A DNA stretch of 64,000 bases from Planctomycetota bacterium. GTDB taxonomy: Bacteria > Planctomycetota > UBA8108 > SXIK01. The notes below the pieces were generated by a model that searched no databases, was not told the origin of the DNA, and saw nothing but the letters and a program-made list of their open reading frames with translations. The stretch lies in assembly GCA_965223845.1 (NCBI GenBank), contig CBDCXR010000004.1, forward strand, positions 4,448,001-4,512,000. The letters are read 5' to 3'. Shown piece by piece: positions 1 to 10,536 of the stretch. Each line of letters starts with the position of its first letter. Within the stretch, counting starts at the first letter, position 1. The position numbers were made by a program, and so were the translations under genes.

Positions 1-506
1 CGTCGTTGCCGGAGAAGTACCGTGAGGCGATGCAGTTGGCGGAGGTCGACGGATTCACCCAGCGCGCCGTTGGGGAGCGGCTCGGACTGTCGCTGTCCGG
101 CGCGAAATCACGCGTTCAGCGCGGGCGTGAGTTGCTCCGAGCGACCCTGCTCTCCTGCTGTCGCGTCGATTTCGATCGCCGGGGCAACGTCACGAGATTC
201 GAGCGCGATGGCGGTCGCGCGCCGTGCACCGCGGAGTGCGATGAGCGCCGCAGTGCGGAGGGCGAACATCAGGAAAGGGCCGTTGATGGTCGTACCGCAA
301 AGCAAGATTGCTCCGGAATTGTCGCCGACGGCCGATCGAGGGCCATAGAGGCGGCAATCGGCCCGATCCAGACGGAGGTCGAGGCGAGGTACGCCGAAGA
401 GTTGAAGGCGGCAGATACAAAGGGCCGAACTCGGATTCGCGAGAAGATCGCGAAGGAGATCAAGGCTCGTTTGAACCAGACAGCGCCGGAGTCCGGTCTC
501 TATTGA
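1..506 (+). CDS. ECF sigma factor, SigZ-like, C-terminal part (5' truncated by window edge)
   Basis: Region-4 motif LPEKYREAMQLAEVDGFTQRAVGERLGLSLSGAKSRVQRGR followed by the SigZ-typical CC..FDRRG tail; unusual ~85-aa extension. Confidence 0.8.
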   Translation, partial: SLPEKYREAMQLAEVDGFTQRAVGERLGLSLSGAKSRVQRGRELLRATLLSCCRVDFDRRGNVTRFERDGGRAPCTAECDERRSAEGEHQERAVDGRTAKQDCSGIVADGRSRAIEAAIGPIQTEVEARYAEELKAADTKGRTRIREKIAKEIKARLNQTAPESGLY

Positions 507-555
507 TTCGGGCAAGCGGTATCGTGCAGGCGCGAAACGTCGGGCGCGTAACGAG

Positions 556-1662
556 CTACTCAGCCTCTCGCTCGGCGAACACTTCCCGGACTCGAGCGAT
601 GTCGATGGCTTCGGCCGCGTGGCCGTCTCTTCCGCGGACCGTCGTCGCGCGCAGGATCGAATTGTAGATCGCTTCCTCGGTCGCCTCGGCGCACGCGAGT
701 AAGAGGGACGAGAGATTGCGATCGAGAACGCGCGTGTTTACGTTTCGCTCGCGCTCGCTTGGGACCGCAAACGCGAACGCGTAGTCGCCGCTTCCGTGCG
801 AGAAGCTCGCGCCCGCGCGCGCCATGCCGGCGAACGTACGCCGCGCGACGCGCTTCAGCTGGCGGGCATCGAGCGGCGCATCCGTCGCGACGACGATCGC
901 GCAAGAACCCTTCTCGGCCTCGTTCGCAGCCGCAGCCGGCGGGAGTGGCCGGCCGAGGATACGGAGCTCGCCCCCAAAGTTCGTCTGGACGAGAACTCCA
1001 ACGGTGTACCTAGCACCGTTCACGCCACCGACGACGACGCGCCGCGACGACGTTCCGCCGCCGCCCTTGTAGCCGAGGCAGCGCGTGCCGGTGCCCGCAC
1101 CGACGCTTCCCTCCGCGACCGCACCGTTCGTCGCGGATTCGATCGCTCGCCGTACGTCCTCGCTTCGAATCGCCCGCGCGCGACCGTCGCTCAAGTACCC
1201 GTCGTTCGTCTCGCCTACAACTGGATTCACGGAGCGGATCCGACCGCTCTCGTCCTTTGCGAGGACGTAATCGATGATGGCGTCCGCGATGCGCGGCACG
1301 GCGAGCGTGCTCCCGAGGAGGAGCGGGGTCTCGATCTCGCCGAGCTCGTCGATCTGAACTGTACCGAATGGTTTCCCGAATCCGTTGAACGATACGAATG
1401 CGGCGGCCACCTTCTCGCGGAAGAGATCGCGCCCGTGCGGAAGGATGGCGGTGATCCCCGTCCGAATCGACTCGCCGCGAACGATCGTCACGTGCCCGAC
1501 ACGCACGCCGGGGACATCGGTGATCGCGTTGTGCTTTCCGACGTCGAGCGATCCGACGACGACCCCGAGGTCTCGCGCGCGCGGGCGTTCGCGGGCTTCA
1601 TCGGCGACGAGTGAACAAGAGAGCGAGAGCGCCGCGGCGATCGCAGCCAGAATCCAACGCAC
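556..1662 (-). CDS. P1/S58 family peptidase (DmpA-like D-aminopeptidase), secreted
   Basis: NAITDVPGVRVGH, NGFGK, PVVGETNDG, GSVGAGTG, GSGDY and EATEEAI motifs; N-terminal signal peptide. Confidence 0.9.
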   Translation of the reverse strand: MRWILAAIAAALSLSCSLVADEARERPRARDLGVVVGSLDVGKHNAITDVPGVRVGHVTIVRGESIRTGITAILPHGRDLFREKVAAAFVSFNGFGKPFGTVQIDELGEIETPLLLGSTLAVPRIADAIIDYVLAKDESGRIRSVNPVVGETNDGYLSDGRARAIRSEDVRRAIESATNGAVAEGSVGAGTGTRCLGYKGGGGTSSRRVVVGGVNGARYTVGVLVQTNFGGELRILGRPLPPAAAANEAEKGSCAIVVATDAPLDARQLKRVARRTFAGMARAGASFSHGSGDYAFAFAVPSERERNVNTRVLDRNLSSLLLACAEATEEAIYNSILRATTVRGRDGHAAEAIDIARVREVFAEREAE

Positions 1663-1800
1663 GAGCTGTCACTCCGATCCGCGGCCGAGCTGACGACCGC
1701 GGGTTGGACGAGATCACCCGAGCAGCCGCTACTCTCACGGTCATTCTCGGTGAATCTCTCGCTCCACGTCAATCTCGCTCACTCCCAACACTCTCCTCAT

Positions 1801-1850
1801 TCTTCGTCTTCCCTCGCGACCTTCGCGCTCTTCGTGTGCAGCTCTTCTTC
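1801..1850 (-). repeat. Intergenic repeat family A, copy 1
   Basis: Minus strand reads GAAGAGCTGCACACGAAGAGCGCGAAGGTCGCGAGGGAAGACGAAG; matches copies at 25309, 28303 and 56782. Confidence 0.7.
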
Positions 1851-1873
1851 CCACGAAGCTCGAGCCATCCACG

Positions 1874-3304
1874 TCACGCTGCGCATCCATCCTCACACGT
1901 GAGCCGATCGTCCGTCGGATCTGCGCCGCAGTTTTCGTACGGCTCGGGGACGTCCGCACCGCTCGCGAAGAGATGATTCAGCAGATAGATCGCGTCGGCG
2001 ATGTTGACGGTGCCGAGATCGTCGACGTCGTAAGCCTTCGCGCACACCGCATCCTGCCCATCGAACAGATAGAGAAGGATCGCAAGCGCGTCAGCGACGG
2101 ACGCTGAGCCATCGCCGTTCGCGTCGCCGCGTCGAAACGTCTCTGCGACTCCACATTCGACGGAGTGATCGAACGCACGCTCGATCGAATCGGCAACGCC
2201 GTTCCCGTTACAGTCCGAAAAACGGACGATCCATGCCGCGAGAGTTCCGTCCTTCATGCCCATTCCGAGCACCGCGAGACCGTTTCGCGACATCGCCGTA
2301 ATCCCGAAGAATCTCCACTCCTCGAGATCGATTCCTCCGATCTCCGCGATCGTCTCGAATGCGATGGGACCCTCGCCGTCGAGGAAGACGCTCCCCGATC
2401 GTCCGAGGACAACGCGCCCGTTCCCCGACACACTCACGAGCGGCTCGGCTTCACCGCAGCGCGGGTCGCCGCGGCCGCCGGACTCCGTCCAGGAGAAGCC
2501 GGCCATCGGCGTGCCGTCGACGTCGATGCAGTGGAACTCGCCCGCGAGCGCGTCGCCGTCGTCGGAGACCGAGTATGCGGCAGAGCTCGAAGTTTCATCG
2601 GAGACCGGCTCGAACCCGGACTCTTCCGTCCAGCGCACCGCCTCGAACCACCGGTACGGTTCACCAGGACGCGCGTCGCTCGACCCGACGATGACGCGCC
2701 CGTCCGGAGTCATGTCGTAGACGTTACTCGCTCCGCCGCGCCGATCCTCGTCGTGGAGAAAGCCGAGCCCGACCATTCCCGTTTCTCGAGTCCACCGAAA
2801 CATCTCGGTCGAGTCCGGACTGAACAGTCCGACCCGCGTTCGAGAGGAGAAGCTGTTTCCCGCGACCACGGAGCCATCTGCCGATACCGCGGTCGCGCTC
2901 GCGCCGTAGAGGCCGCCCGGCAGCTCGCCGAGCGACTCCATTCCGCCCTCTTCGGTCCAGCGAAACGCGGCGTTGCCCTTGTCGGTCGCACTCGTCCCGA
3001 CGATCACCGAGCCGTCGGCCGATGCAGCGGTCGCACGACTGTCGAACTCCCCGCCGGGTAGATCTCCGAGACCCACGGGTCCCGACTCTCTGGTCCAGCG
3101 GAACGCCTCCCAGCCCTCGGTCGAACGGCTCACTCCGACGACGACACGGCCGTCGGCCGAGAGGGCGGCCGGAGTTGGCGCCACACCTCCCCCGGGCAGA
3201 GTGGGGATGAGGTCGACGGTCGCGTCGGCGAGCGCCGCCCCGGCGCCACCGACTACGGCGAACATAACCACAAACGCGCGCGAGAACTGAACTTGAATCG
3301 ACAT
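1874..3304 (-). CDS. Secreted HAF-repeat beta-propeller protein with C-terminal dockerin-like domain
   Basis: Repeated SADGSVIVG...AFRWT...LG units; C-terminal FRRGDANGDG...YDVDDLGTVNIAD...CGADPTDD; start placed at the Met before the signal peptide. Confidence 0.8.
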   Translation of the reverse strand: MSIQVQFSRAFVVMFAVVGGAGAALADATVDLIPTLPGGGVAPTPAALSADGRVVVGVSRSTEGWEAFRWTRESGPVGLGDLPGGEFDSRATAASADGSVIVGTSATDKGNAAFRWTEEGGMESLGELPGGLYGASATAVSADGSVVAGNSFSSRTRVGLFSPDSTEMFRWTRETGMVGLGFLHDEDRRGGASNVYDMTPDGRVIVGSSDARPGEPYRWFEAVRWTEESGFEPVSDETSSSAAYSVSDDGDALAGEFHCIDVDGTPMAGFSWTESGGRGDPRCGEAEPLVSVSGNGRVVLGRSGSVFLDGEGPIAFETIAEIGGIDLEEWRFFGITAMSRNGLAVLGMGMKDGTLAAWIVRFSDCNGNGVADSIERAFDHSVECGVAETFRRGDANGDGSASVADALAILLYLFDGQDAVCAKAYDVDDLGTVNIADAIYLLNHLFASGADVPEPYENCGADPTDDRLTCEDGCAA

Positions 3305-3424
3305 GACCGCAATCTCCTGCACACGAGGAATCGACTCGATCCGACCCACGGACGGATCCCCTCTGAGTCAGAACTGCGGTCGTGGAGCCGCGGCAGACAA
3401 GAATCCGCGGATTTCTGCCGCGAG

Positions 3425-5527
3425 CTATCTCGCTACTTCGATCGTCCCCCGCCGGACGCTGAATGCGTCGTTCCCCGAAAAGACGAGGTGCACCTTCCTC
3501 CCGTCGTCACTCGTCCACTTCGGCGGGAACCGACTCGTCTCCCCGGGTCCGACGTCCCACTCCTCTGTGAAGTAGGCGGTCGTCCACGGTCCCCAGGGCT
3601 CGGGCGCGTCGTAGACGCCAAAGCCGCCCTGGAACCGCGGGCCTCTGGAGTCCTCGCTTTCGGGAAGGGTTTGACACCAGAGGTAGCGGCGGATCCCGGC
3701 GTTGTACGAGATCCCGCTTCGGTAGCACCGTCGAGGATGCTCGAACACCGCTCCGCGGTTCTCGATCGCGGTGGTCCACTCGGGTGTACCGTCGGCGGCG
3801 AGAGCGACAAAAAACTCGTACGCGCGCCGTTCGCCGAGCCGCTCCTTGGGGACGCGCGCGAGGACCATTCGATCCGCCGGCTCGTACGCGCTGTCCGAAT
3901 CCTGCGAATAGATGTAGACGAATCCGTCGCGCGCGCCGGCGTAGTTCTTCCCGAACTGGAGGAAGGTCGGACAGCCAAAGCTCTGCGTGAACTTCCAGTC
4001 GCTCCACGTCCACGTCCGGGCGTAGTCGGTCGACCAGGCTAGCCGCGCGTTCCCGGCGTTGCGTACCCAGAGGTAGAGGATGCCGTCGACCATGAGGAGT
4101 CCGCTCGCTTTTGTTCCGCTCGCCCCGTCGCCGATCGACTCGTCGGGAGAGCGGATGTTCTCACCGCGAAACTCGCTCGGCGATCCAGAGACCTTCGCGA
4201 ATCCGAGACTCAACTTCCGACCGACGCGCGGCGAGAAGCCGTGCCCGTCGCCGTAGGCGGTGTAGAGATTCCCGTCGTCCGCCCATGCGAGCGGCCAATT
4301 GTCGCTCCCCTTCGCTTTCCGAGCGATCGTCCCCTTCGGGGCCCACGTGAGTCTCTCGATCACCGGGCTCTGCGGATAGGGTGCGCGCGAGTGCCGGTCG
4401 TTCTCGCCGCGCGAGCGAACTCGAACCGACGCGGCGATGGGAGCGAGAAAGGGTCGCAGCACGTCGTAGTGCCCAGACTCTTTCGTCCTCGCCCACTTCT
4501 TCCCGGCGCAGGCTCGCGCAACGACGATGTCGAGATCGGGAAAAACGACGACGAGACTATCGAAGAGGCCCCACGACCAGTACGCGCTCCGCGGGACGTC
4601 CTCAAGCGAGCCGTCGGCGTTGTTCCACCAGAGGAGGCCGTAGTGGTCCGACGCGTTCCCCAGCTCGTTCGCGATGCCTCCGGGGTGCTCCGGCAGTCCG
4701 ATCACTGCGTCGTCGGTCGTACGCGCGCGATCCACGAAGTCCGACGGAATGATCTGCCGGTCGCCCCACCGGCCCTCGCGGAGGTAGAGATAGCCGATGC
4801 GCGCCATCGCGTCGACGTTCGCGTGAATTCCCGATCCGAATTCCCGCCGGGCGACACCGGCGATCTCTTTCGGGCGGTAGGCGTTCGCTCGCCACCGAAG
4901 ATCCTCGCGAGAGATTCCGATCGGCGTAAACACACGCTCGAACATCAAGTCGTCGACGTCGCGCCGGTAGGCGAGCGTCACGCACTCGGCGAGCCAGTTC
5001 GGGCCGCCGTCCGAGTAGTGCCATTTCGTCCCCGGGGCGAACACGAGCTTCTCGTACCCGCCCCGTTTCTCGAATCCGGCCGTTTGCGTCGCGAGGTGTC
5101 GAATGGTGACGTCGTCGACCCAACCCGTCTCGCGATTGCTGGCCGGCGGCGTGGCGAACTCCGCGTGGTGCTTGGACGCCCTGTCATCGAGACGGATCTT
5201 GCCGTCGCTGATCGCTAGTCCGAGTGCCGTGACGCCGATCGATTTCGTCGTCGACTTGAGATCGTACCGGCGGTGCGGGTCGCCCCACGACAGAACGAGC
5301 TTCCCGTGGCGCGTGATGTAACCCGAGCCGCCGCTTTCGCCACTCGTGACCGCGTAATCGCGAGCCTTGATCAGTTTGTTCGCGTCGAGACCGACTTCCT
5401 CCGGCTTCGCGGTCGGCCACGCATCCTTCGGCCAGACAAAGCGCTTCTCCTCCTGACCGCACAGATGGCCACCGGCAGTCAGCACCACGGCAAACGCGAG
5501 CGCGACTCTGAGATGATGGTTCAGCAT
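3425..5527 (-). CDS. Serine hydrolase (beta-lactamase/PBP fold) fused to a DUF4185-like beta-propeller
   Basis: SxxK (STTK), HLATQTAG, YSD and YGLLWW motifs; second half GSDNWPLAWADDGNLYTAYGDG and APEPWGPW; signal peptide. Confidence 0.8.
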   Translation of the reverse strand: MLNHHLRVALAFAVVLTAGGHLCGQEEKRFVWPKDAWPTAKPEEVGLDANKLIKARDYAVTSGESGGSGYITRHGKLVLSWGDPHRRYDLKSTTKSIGVTALGLAISDGKIRLDDRASKHHAEFATPPASNRETGWVDDVTIRHLATQTAGFEKRGGYEKLVFAPGTKWHYSDGGPNWLAECVTLAYRRDVDDLMFERVFTPIGISREDLRWRANAYRPKEIAGVARREFGSGIHANVDAMARIGYLYLREGRWGDRQIIPSDFVDRARTTDDAVIGLPEHPGGIANELGNASDHYGLLWWNNADGSLEDVPRSAYWSWGLFDSLVVVFPDLDIVVARACAGKKWARTKESGHYDVLRPFLAPIAASVRVRSRGENDRHSRAPYPQSPVIERLTWAPKGTIARKAKGSDNWPLAWADDGNLYTAYGDGHGFSPRVGRKLSLGFAKVSGSPSEFRGENIRSPDESIGDGASGTKASGLLMVDGILYLWVRNAGNARLAWSTDYARTWTWSDWKFTQSFGCPTFLQFGKNYAGARDGFVYIYSQDSDSAYEPADRMVLARVPKERLGERRAYEFFVALAADGTPEWTTAIENRGAVFEHPRRCYRSGISYNAGIRRYLWCQTLPESEDSRGPRFQGGFGVYDAPEPWGPWTTAYFTEEWDVGPGETSRFPPKWTSDDGRKVHLVFSGNDAFSVRRGTIEVAR

Positions 5528-5534
5528 GCGCCTC

Positions 5535-5555
5535 GTTCCCGTTCCCGCTCCCGTT
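5535..5555. repeat. (GGGAAC)n hexamer tract, family B
   Basis: GTTCCC GTTCCC GCTCCC GTT directly after the stop of the 1660-aa gene. Confidence 0.5.
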
Positions 5556-8500
5556 ACGGCGCTTGCAAAAAAGCCAGCAGATCCGCGACGTCCCCGAGCG
5601 AAAGATCTACCTCGAGTCCCTCGGGCATGAACGAAGTCTCACTCGATTCGAGACTCTCGATCGAGCTCCGAAGGAGGACGCGTTCAGTGCCATCGACGAG
5701 TCGAAAGCGAAGACTGTTTCCGGTCTCGCCGGCGACGAGTCCGTGGACGACGTCGCCCGAATCGAGAACCGCAGAGTAAGCGACGTACTGTGGTTCGACC
5801 GCCGCGTTCGGATCGGCGATGGCTGTTAGGAGCGCCGCGGCCGATCGATCGGTGAGCGCGCGAAGATCGGGCCCGATCGCCGTGCCGATATCACCGAGCG
5901 CGTGACACGAGGCGCACTTGGCGGAGAAGACGTCCTTTCCGCGACGAGCGTCACCGCTCAAGTGCACCGCCGGCTCGAGCCAACGGACAGCCTCCTCGCG
6001 GGGCCGGTTCGTCTCTAGCGCGAGAATCCGCTTCGCCTCTTCTGCGACTTTGCCGCCATGAACGGTGAGCAGCCGCTGACGCTCCGCCGCCGAGAACCCC
6101 ATCCGCGGGGCCGTTCCTCGCTCGATCGCCTCGAGAAGAGAGCGTGTCCAATCGGGGCGTGAAAGCAGCGCGTCAAACGCCGCCGCGCGAACGGGAGGAA
6201 CGAAGGAACGCCACGGCCCGATGAGAGCGGTCGCGTCACCGCTGAGTCGGCGGAGACGCCGGATCGCGGCGATCTGCACGTTGGTCGGCTCCGACGTCGC
6301 GAGGATCTTCTCGAGGAATCTTCGCTCGTCGCTCCGATGCGCTTCCCGCCGTCCGAGCAGCGAAACGGCGGCGGCGCGAATTTCGTGCGGACGACTTCGG
6401 TCACGCGCGACCGCTGCTGCGCGCGCGAGCGTCGCGCGACCCGCTTCGAGCAATTCGCCGAAGCTCGCGTGCTCCGCGCTCAGGCGTTCGAGGGCGAGTG
6501 ATTCGGCGGCGAGAGTGTCGAGGAATCGCGCGAACGCATCGAATCGCCACGTCGCGATGCGGTCGTCATCCGACGACTCTCCGCAAACGAGCGGCGAGAG
6601 GAGGCGCGTTACCACGGTGTAGCTCTCTGTCTTGAGCGCGCCGGCGAGTAGCGGTGAGACGAACTCGCGGAAGCTCCCTTCGTCGGCGACGATCGCCTCG
6701 GCGATCGCCTCTTGGTGCGGCAATGCCGAACTCAGAATCGCCGCGCGGATCCAGGGATCGGAGTGGTCGCGTCGCGCGAGCGCGCCGAGTGCCCTTCCCG
6801 CGAGTGGATCCCTCCATTCGCCGAGGGTGTGCGCGAGTTGCAGCCGGAGTGGCGCGTCGTCGCTCGACGCGAGTGACGCGGCGGCGGCGATGACTTCGGG
6901 CACTTCGGCGAGCGGTTCGGCGAGATGCAGTGCGATTCGAGCCACGCGCGGGTGCCGATCGCGGAGCCCCGCGATCACGACTCGGGCATCGAGCGCTCCG
7001 ATACCGGCGAGCGTCGCGAGCGCGTGGATCCTCGCACGCGCGTCTCCGTGTTCGCGGACCATCTGCTCGAGCGGCGATGCGACCGTCGCGTCTCCGATCT
7101 CGACGAGAAGTCGCTGCGCGAGATCGCGCACGATTCCGTTCGAGCTCGCGAGTCGACGGACGAGTTTCGCCGGGGAGTCGTTCGCGAGTATGGGAACGGG
7201 ACGAGGATTCGCGCCCTCCGGCACGACGCGGTAGATTCGACCGCGGTCGTCGCCCGAGCGATAGAACGGACGGAGCTCCTCGCGCCCCACCGGGGGTAGC
7301 CACTCGGGATGCTCGATCATGTAGCGGTACATGTCGACGATCCACAGCGCGCCGTCCGGACCCGTTCGCGCCATCACGGGACGGCACCACCGATCCGTCG
7401 ACGCGAAGAAATCGCGTCCCCCCGGCGGCGTGTCAACGATCGCGTCGAAGCTCGTGCCGTTCCTTGTGAGTACCGCGTGCTGCACGATTCCGTGAAACGG
7501 ATCGCACGTAAAAGCGTGCGTCTCGTCGCTGAACGGAAAGAGAAGATCGTCACGGTAGATGCCCGGCCCACACGCCGACGTAAACCGCGTCGCGTCTTCG
7601 AAGCTGTGATAGCGCTTCTGCGGGAGCTTCGCCGGATAGAGCGTCGGGCTCACCCCGCGAACGTGATTCTTCGCGCCCCGCGCCGCGAAGTAGGGATTCC
7701 GCCCCGAGTAGCGGTCGGAAAGTACGTAGTGCCAGAGCGGCCGGCTGTTCTGCACTCCGAACCAATCGCCCCAGTCGTCGCGAACGCGTCCGAACTGAGA
7801 TGGACCAGACTCGGCCGCGAGCGCGCCCGTCGCCGGGTGAATTCTCAGATCGCGACTCCCGAGGTGGATCTCCTCGCCGGTGGTCTTCGATCGGACGCGC
7901 CGGTCGGCTCCGTAGCCGGCGTGATGTCCACCGCTAGCGCAGTAGATCCAATTGTCGAGGCCCCACCGGAGCCCGTTCACACGCAGCTGTTGATTCCCCG
8001 GTAGGAACCCCGTGTAGAGGACCTTGCGTCGATCCGCCCGCCCGTCGCCGTCCGCGTCCTCGAGATAGAGGATCTCCGGCGCGGCCGTAACGATCACGCC
8101 CTTGCGCCACGCGTGGACGCCGTTCGGAAAGCTGAGCCCGTCGGCGAAGAGCACGGACGAGTCGTACCGGCCATCGCGATCGTGGTCGACGAGCACGCGG
8201 ATTCTCCCGCCCAGTTCGTTTCCGCCCTTCGTTCCGGATGGATAGTCGGCCATCTCGGCGACCCAGACGCGGCCCTCCGCATCCCAATCGATCGCGACGG
8301 GATCGCGGACGAGCGGCTCGGCCGCGACGAGCTCGAGACGAAATCCTTCGCGAATACGCGCAGCGCGGAGTGTCTCCTCAGGCGAGCGCGGCGGCGAACG
8401 GGGAACAGCTGGAGAGTCGGCCGGACCGGAGGAGCCATTGGACGCGAGCCCACTCGCCGCGTAGTGCCGTGCGACTTCTTGCGGCGTGAGCGCACGATCA

Positions 8501-10536
8501 AAGACGGCGACTTCGTCGATCTTTCCTTCGAGACTCGGAGCGTCCGAGTGCCCGCCTCCGACGAGGACCAGAGGATTGGCAACGACTCCGAGACTGAATT
8601 CACCGTCGATCTCGAGCTTGCCGTTCAGAAACACGCGAACCCGTTCCCGCTCGCGCGTCACCGCGACGTGGTTCCAGTTGCGACCGAAGCTCGTTTTCCC
8701 CTCGAGCGTCCCGAACGCGAGTCGAGTCGTGTTCGGTTCATCGCCCGCGACCATAGTCAAGACGTCCGTCCCGCGGGCGAAGATCGTCCCGCGAACGGGA
8801 CGCGCATCGCGGCGGACTCCGTTCCAAAACCAAAGCTCGACGGAATAGTCGGTGTCGATTTCGAGTCCAGCCGCGCGAAGGTACCCGCCGGCGAGGTGTA
8901 GCGCTCGGTTCTCGCGCTCGAGCGAGAACGCTTGCGAAACCGGTCCGGGAAGATGGAACGCTACCCGCGGCACGACGGTTCCGTTGCGACCGTTTCCGCT
9001 CGAATCCGCGACCGAGGGGCCGCGGAATTCCTCGAAGCGCCAGTACGCCAGTGGCTTTGACGCGAGAACCGCAGCTGGATACGCGCCGTGGACGAGCGGC
9101 GGCTCTCGGCGCTTCTCGCCGCTCACCTCTTCGAGCAGTTCGAGCACCACCCCGATGATCTTCGGTTCGGCTTCCACCTCGAGGCCAGCGGTGCGCGCGG
9201 GCCACGTCGTGTAGCCACCGAGCGCGTGCTGCTCGGGCGGCGGAATGTAACCCGCGGCGCCGTTCGAGAGCGACAAGTTGACCGTCGGCTGAAGGGGACT
9301 TCGCGCCTTCAGCTCAAGCCCCGTGAGTGCGTACACCTCGCAAGGGATCGCCGTGAATCCGAGTCCGCCGATCCGGACCGCCTGGAGGACGACTTCCTCC
9401 GTCGGGTTCTCATCGATGAAAAACGCCTGCTCCGCGTACACCTCGGGACGATTCCGCGGTCGCGCGGATCGATCGGGGAAGAGCTTCTTTGCCCACGCGA
9501 GCCGTTCCGGGCTCGGGAGGCGCCGCCCGAGCGTGATACGTTTCTCCGCCATCGCGAGCGGAACGTCGCGCGAGTAACGCATCGTACTCGCCGCATCGAG
9601 CGCGATGCGGACGAGCTGGTTCGTGTATTCGTCGATTCCGATCGAATCCGCCGGCCGGCTGTAGTCGCCGCGCCAAAGATCGCCACTCGTTCCTTGAGAC
9701 AAGATCCCGACGAACTCGTCGTCCCCCGGCGCGAGCTCCGCCGCAACCTTCTGCGCGAAGCGACCGAAGAAGTCGGGTGAGAATCCTCCCCCGAACCCGA
9801 AGTAGTGCATCGAGTAATTGCCGAGGAACGCGATCGGCTCACCCTCGAGACTGCGGACCGCGAGGATCGAGAGCGCCGGATCCTCGGGACCGGACGGGCC
9901 GACGTAATCGGGATTCTGGTAGCCCGGGTGCATCATCGCGCGAATCGTCCGCTCGCCGAAGGGGTCGACGTCCGGCCGGTCGACCCGGCGAATCCAGCGC
10001 CGGCAAGCGGTGTGATCGGGTGCCTGTGCGACGGTGTAGCCGAGCTCCGCCGGCTGCTCCCTCTTCGATGCGAGAACGATGGCTTCGGCGATCTTCGGCG
10101 GCAGGAACTTCGTGTACGCGGGATCGGCGCGCGATCCGAGACAGTAGTTCATCGCGCTCGGAGCGGTGTGCGTGTGCGTCGCTGAAATCAGGATCCGATC
10201 CCGCGGCATCCCGATCTCCCGTTCGACGCGCGCCTTGACGTCGTCGCAGAGCGTCCGCGGAACCATACACGTGTCGACGATGGCGATCGCGATGCGTTCG
10301 TCGCCGCGGCGGAGAGAGATCGCGCGCGTATAGAGAGGTTCCGCAACGCGATCGGCGGAGCGTTCGAGAAACCCGCCGTTCTGGATCGCGGGGAGAGTCG
10401 TCGGGGAGATGTCGACGGCGGCCGCGCCGGCGTAGAGGGGTAGCTTCCGAGACTCGGGTGACTCGTCCTCGGGCACAGCGACGGCAGGAAGCGTCGTCAC
10501 GGCGAAAATGAGAATCTCGGCGCCTGGAAGTCGCAC
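5554..10536 (-). CDS. Multidomain protein: neutral-ceramidase-like hydrolase + LamG-like + PVC-type dehydrogenase propeller + HEAT repeats + cytochrome c
   Basis: ISATHTHTAP and GYIPP..GGY (ceramidase-like); WNHVAVT..GKIDEVAVFDRAL (LamG); LVAAEPLVRDPVAI..GPDGALWIVDMYR; CASCH..GPDL..MPEGLE. Confidence 0.85.
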   Translation of the reverse strand: MRLPGAEILIFAVTTLPAVAVPEDESPESRKLPLYAGAAAVDISPTTLPAIQNGGFLERSADRVAEPLYTRAISLRRGDERIAIAIVDTCMVPRTLCDDVKARVEREIGMPRDRILISATHTHTAPSAMNYCLGSRADPAYTKFLPPKIAEAIVLASKREQPAELGYTVAQAPDHTACRRWIRRVDRPDVDPFGERTIRAMMHPGYQNPDYVGPSGPEDPALSILAVRSLEGEPIAFLGNYSMHYFGFGGGFSPDFFGRFAQKVAAELAPGDDEFVGILSQGTSGDLWRGDYSRPADSIGIDEYTNQLVRIALDAASTMRYSRDVPLAMAEKRITLGRRLPSPERLAWAKKLFPDRSARPRNRPEVYAEQAFFIDENPTEEVVLQAVRIGGLGFTAIPCEVYALTGLELKARSPLQPTVNLSLSNGAAGYIPPPEQHALGGYTTWPARTAGLEVEAEPKIIGVVLELLEEVSGEKRREPPLVHGAYPAAVLASKPLAYWRFEEFRGPSVADSSGNGRNGTVVPRVAFHLPGPVSQAFSLERENRALHLAGGYLRAAGLEIDTDYSVELWFWNGVRRDARPVRGTIFARGTDVLTMVAGDEPNTTRLAFGTLEGKTSFGRNWNHVAVTRERERVRVFLNGKLEIDGEFSLGVVANPLVLVGGGHSDAPSLEGKIDEVAVFDRALTPQEVARHYAASGLASNGSSGPADSPAVPRSPPRSPEETLRAARIREGFRLELVAAEPLVRDPVAIDWDAEGRVWVAEMADYPSGTKGGNELGGRIRVLVDHDRDGRYDSSVLFADGLSFPNGVHAWRKGVIVTAAPEILYLEDADGDGRADRRKVLYTGFLPGNQQLRVNGLRWGLDNWIYCASGGHHAGYGADRRVRSKTTGEEIHLGSRDLRIHPATGALAAESGPSQFGRVRDDWGDWFGVQNSRPLWHYVLSDRYSGRNPYFAARGAKNHVRGVSPTLYPAKLPQKRYHSFEDATRFTSACGPGIYRDDLLFPFSDETHAFTCDPFHGIVQHAVLTRNGTSFDAIVDTPPGGRDFFASTDRWCRPVMARTGPDGALWIVDMYRYMIEHPEWLPPVGREELRPFYRSGDDRGRIYRVVPEGANPRPVPILANDSPAKLVRRLASSNGIVRDLAQRLLVEIGDATVASPLEQMVREHGDARARIHALATLAGIGALDARVVIAGLRDRHPRVARIALHLAEPLAEVPEVIAAAASLASSDDAPLRLQLAHTLGEWRDPLAGRALGALARRDHSDPWIRAAILSSALPHQEAIAEAIVADEGSFREFVSPLLAGALKTESYTVVTRLLSPLVCGESSDDDRIATWRFDAFARFLDTLAAESLALERLSAEHASFGELLEAGRATLARAAAVARDRSRPHEIRAAAVSLLGRREAHRSDERRFLEKILATSEPTNVQIAAIRRLRRLSGDATALIGPWRSFVPPVRAAAFDALLSRPDWTRSLLEAIERGTAPRMGFSAAERQRLLTVHGGKVAEEAKRILALETNRPREEAVRWLEPAVHLSGDARRGKDVFSAKCASCHALGDIGTAIGPDLRALTDRSAAALLTAIADPNAAVEPQYVAYSAVLDSGDVVHGLVAGETGNSLRFRLVDGTERVLLRSSIESLESSETSFMPEGLEVDLSLGDVADLLAFLQAP

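Noticed and set aside
3425-5527. Antibiotic-resistance beta-lactamase
   Set aside because: Only the generic SxxK serine-hydrolase fold is evident; the fusion and context suggest another hydrolase
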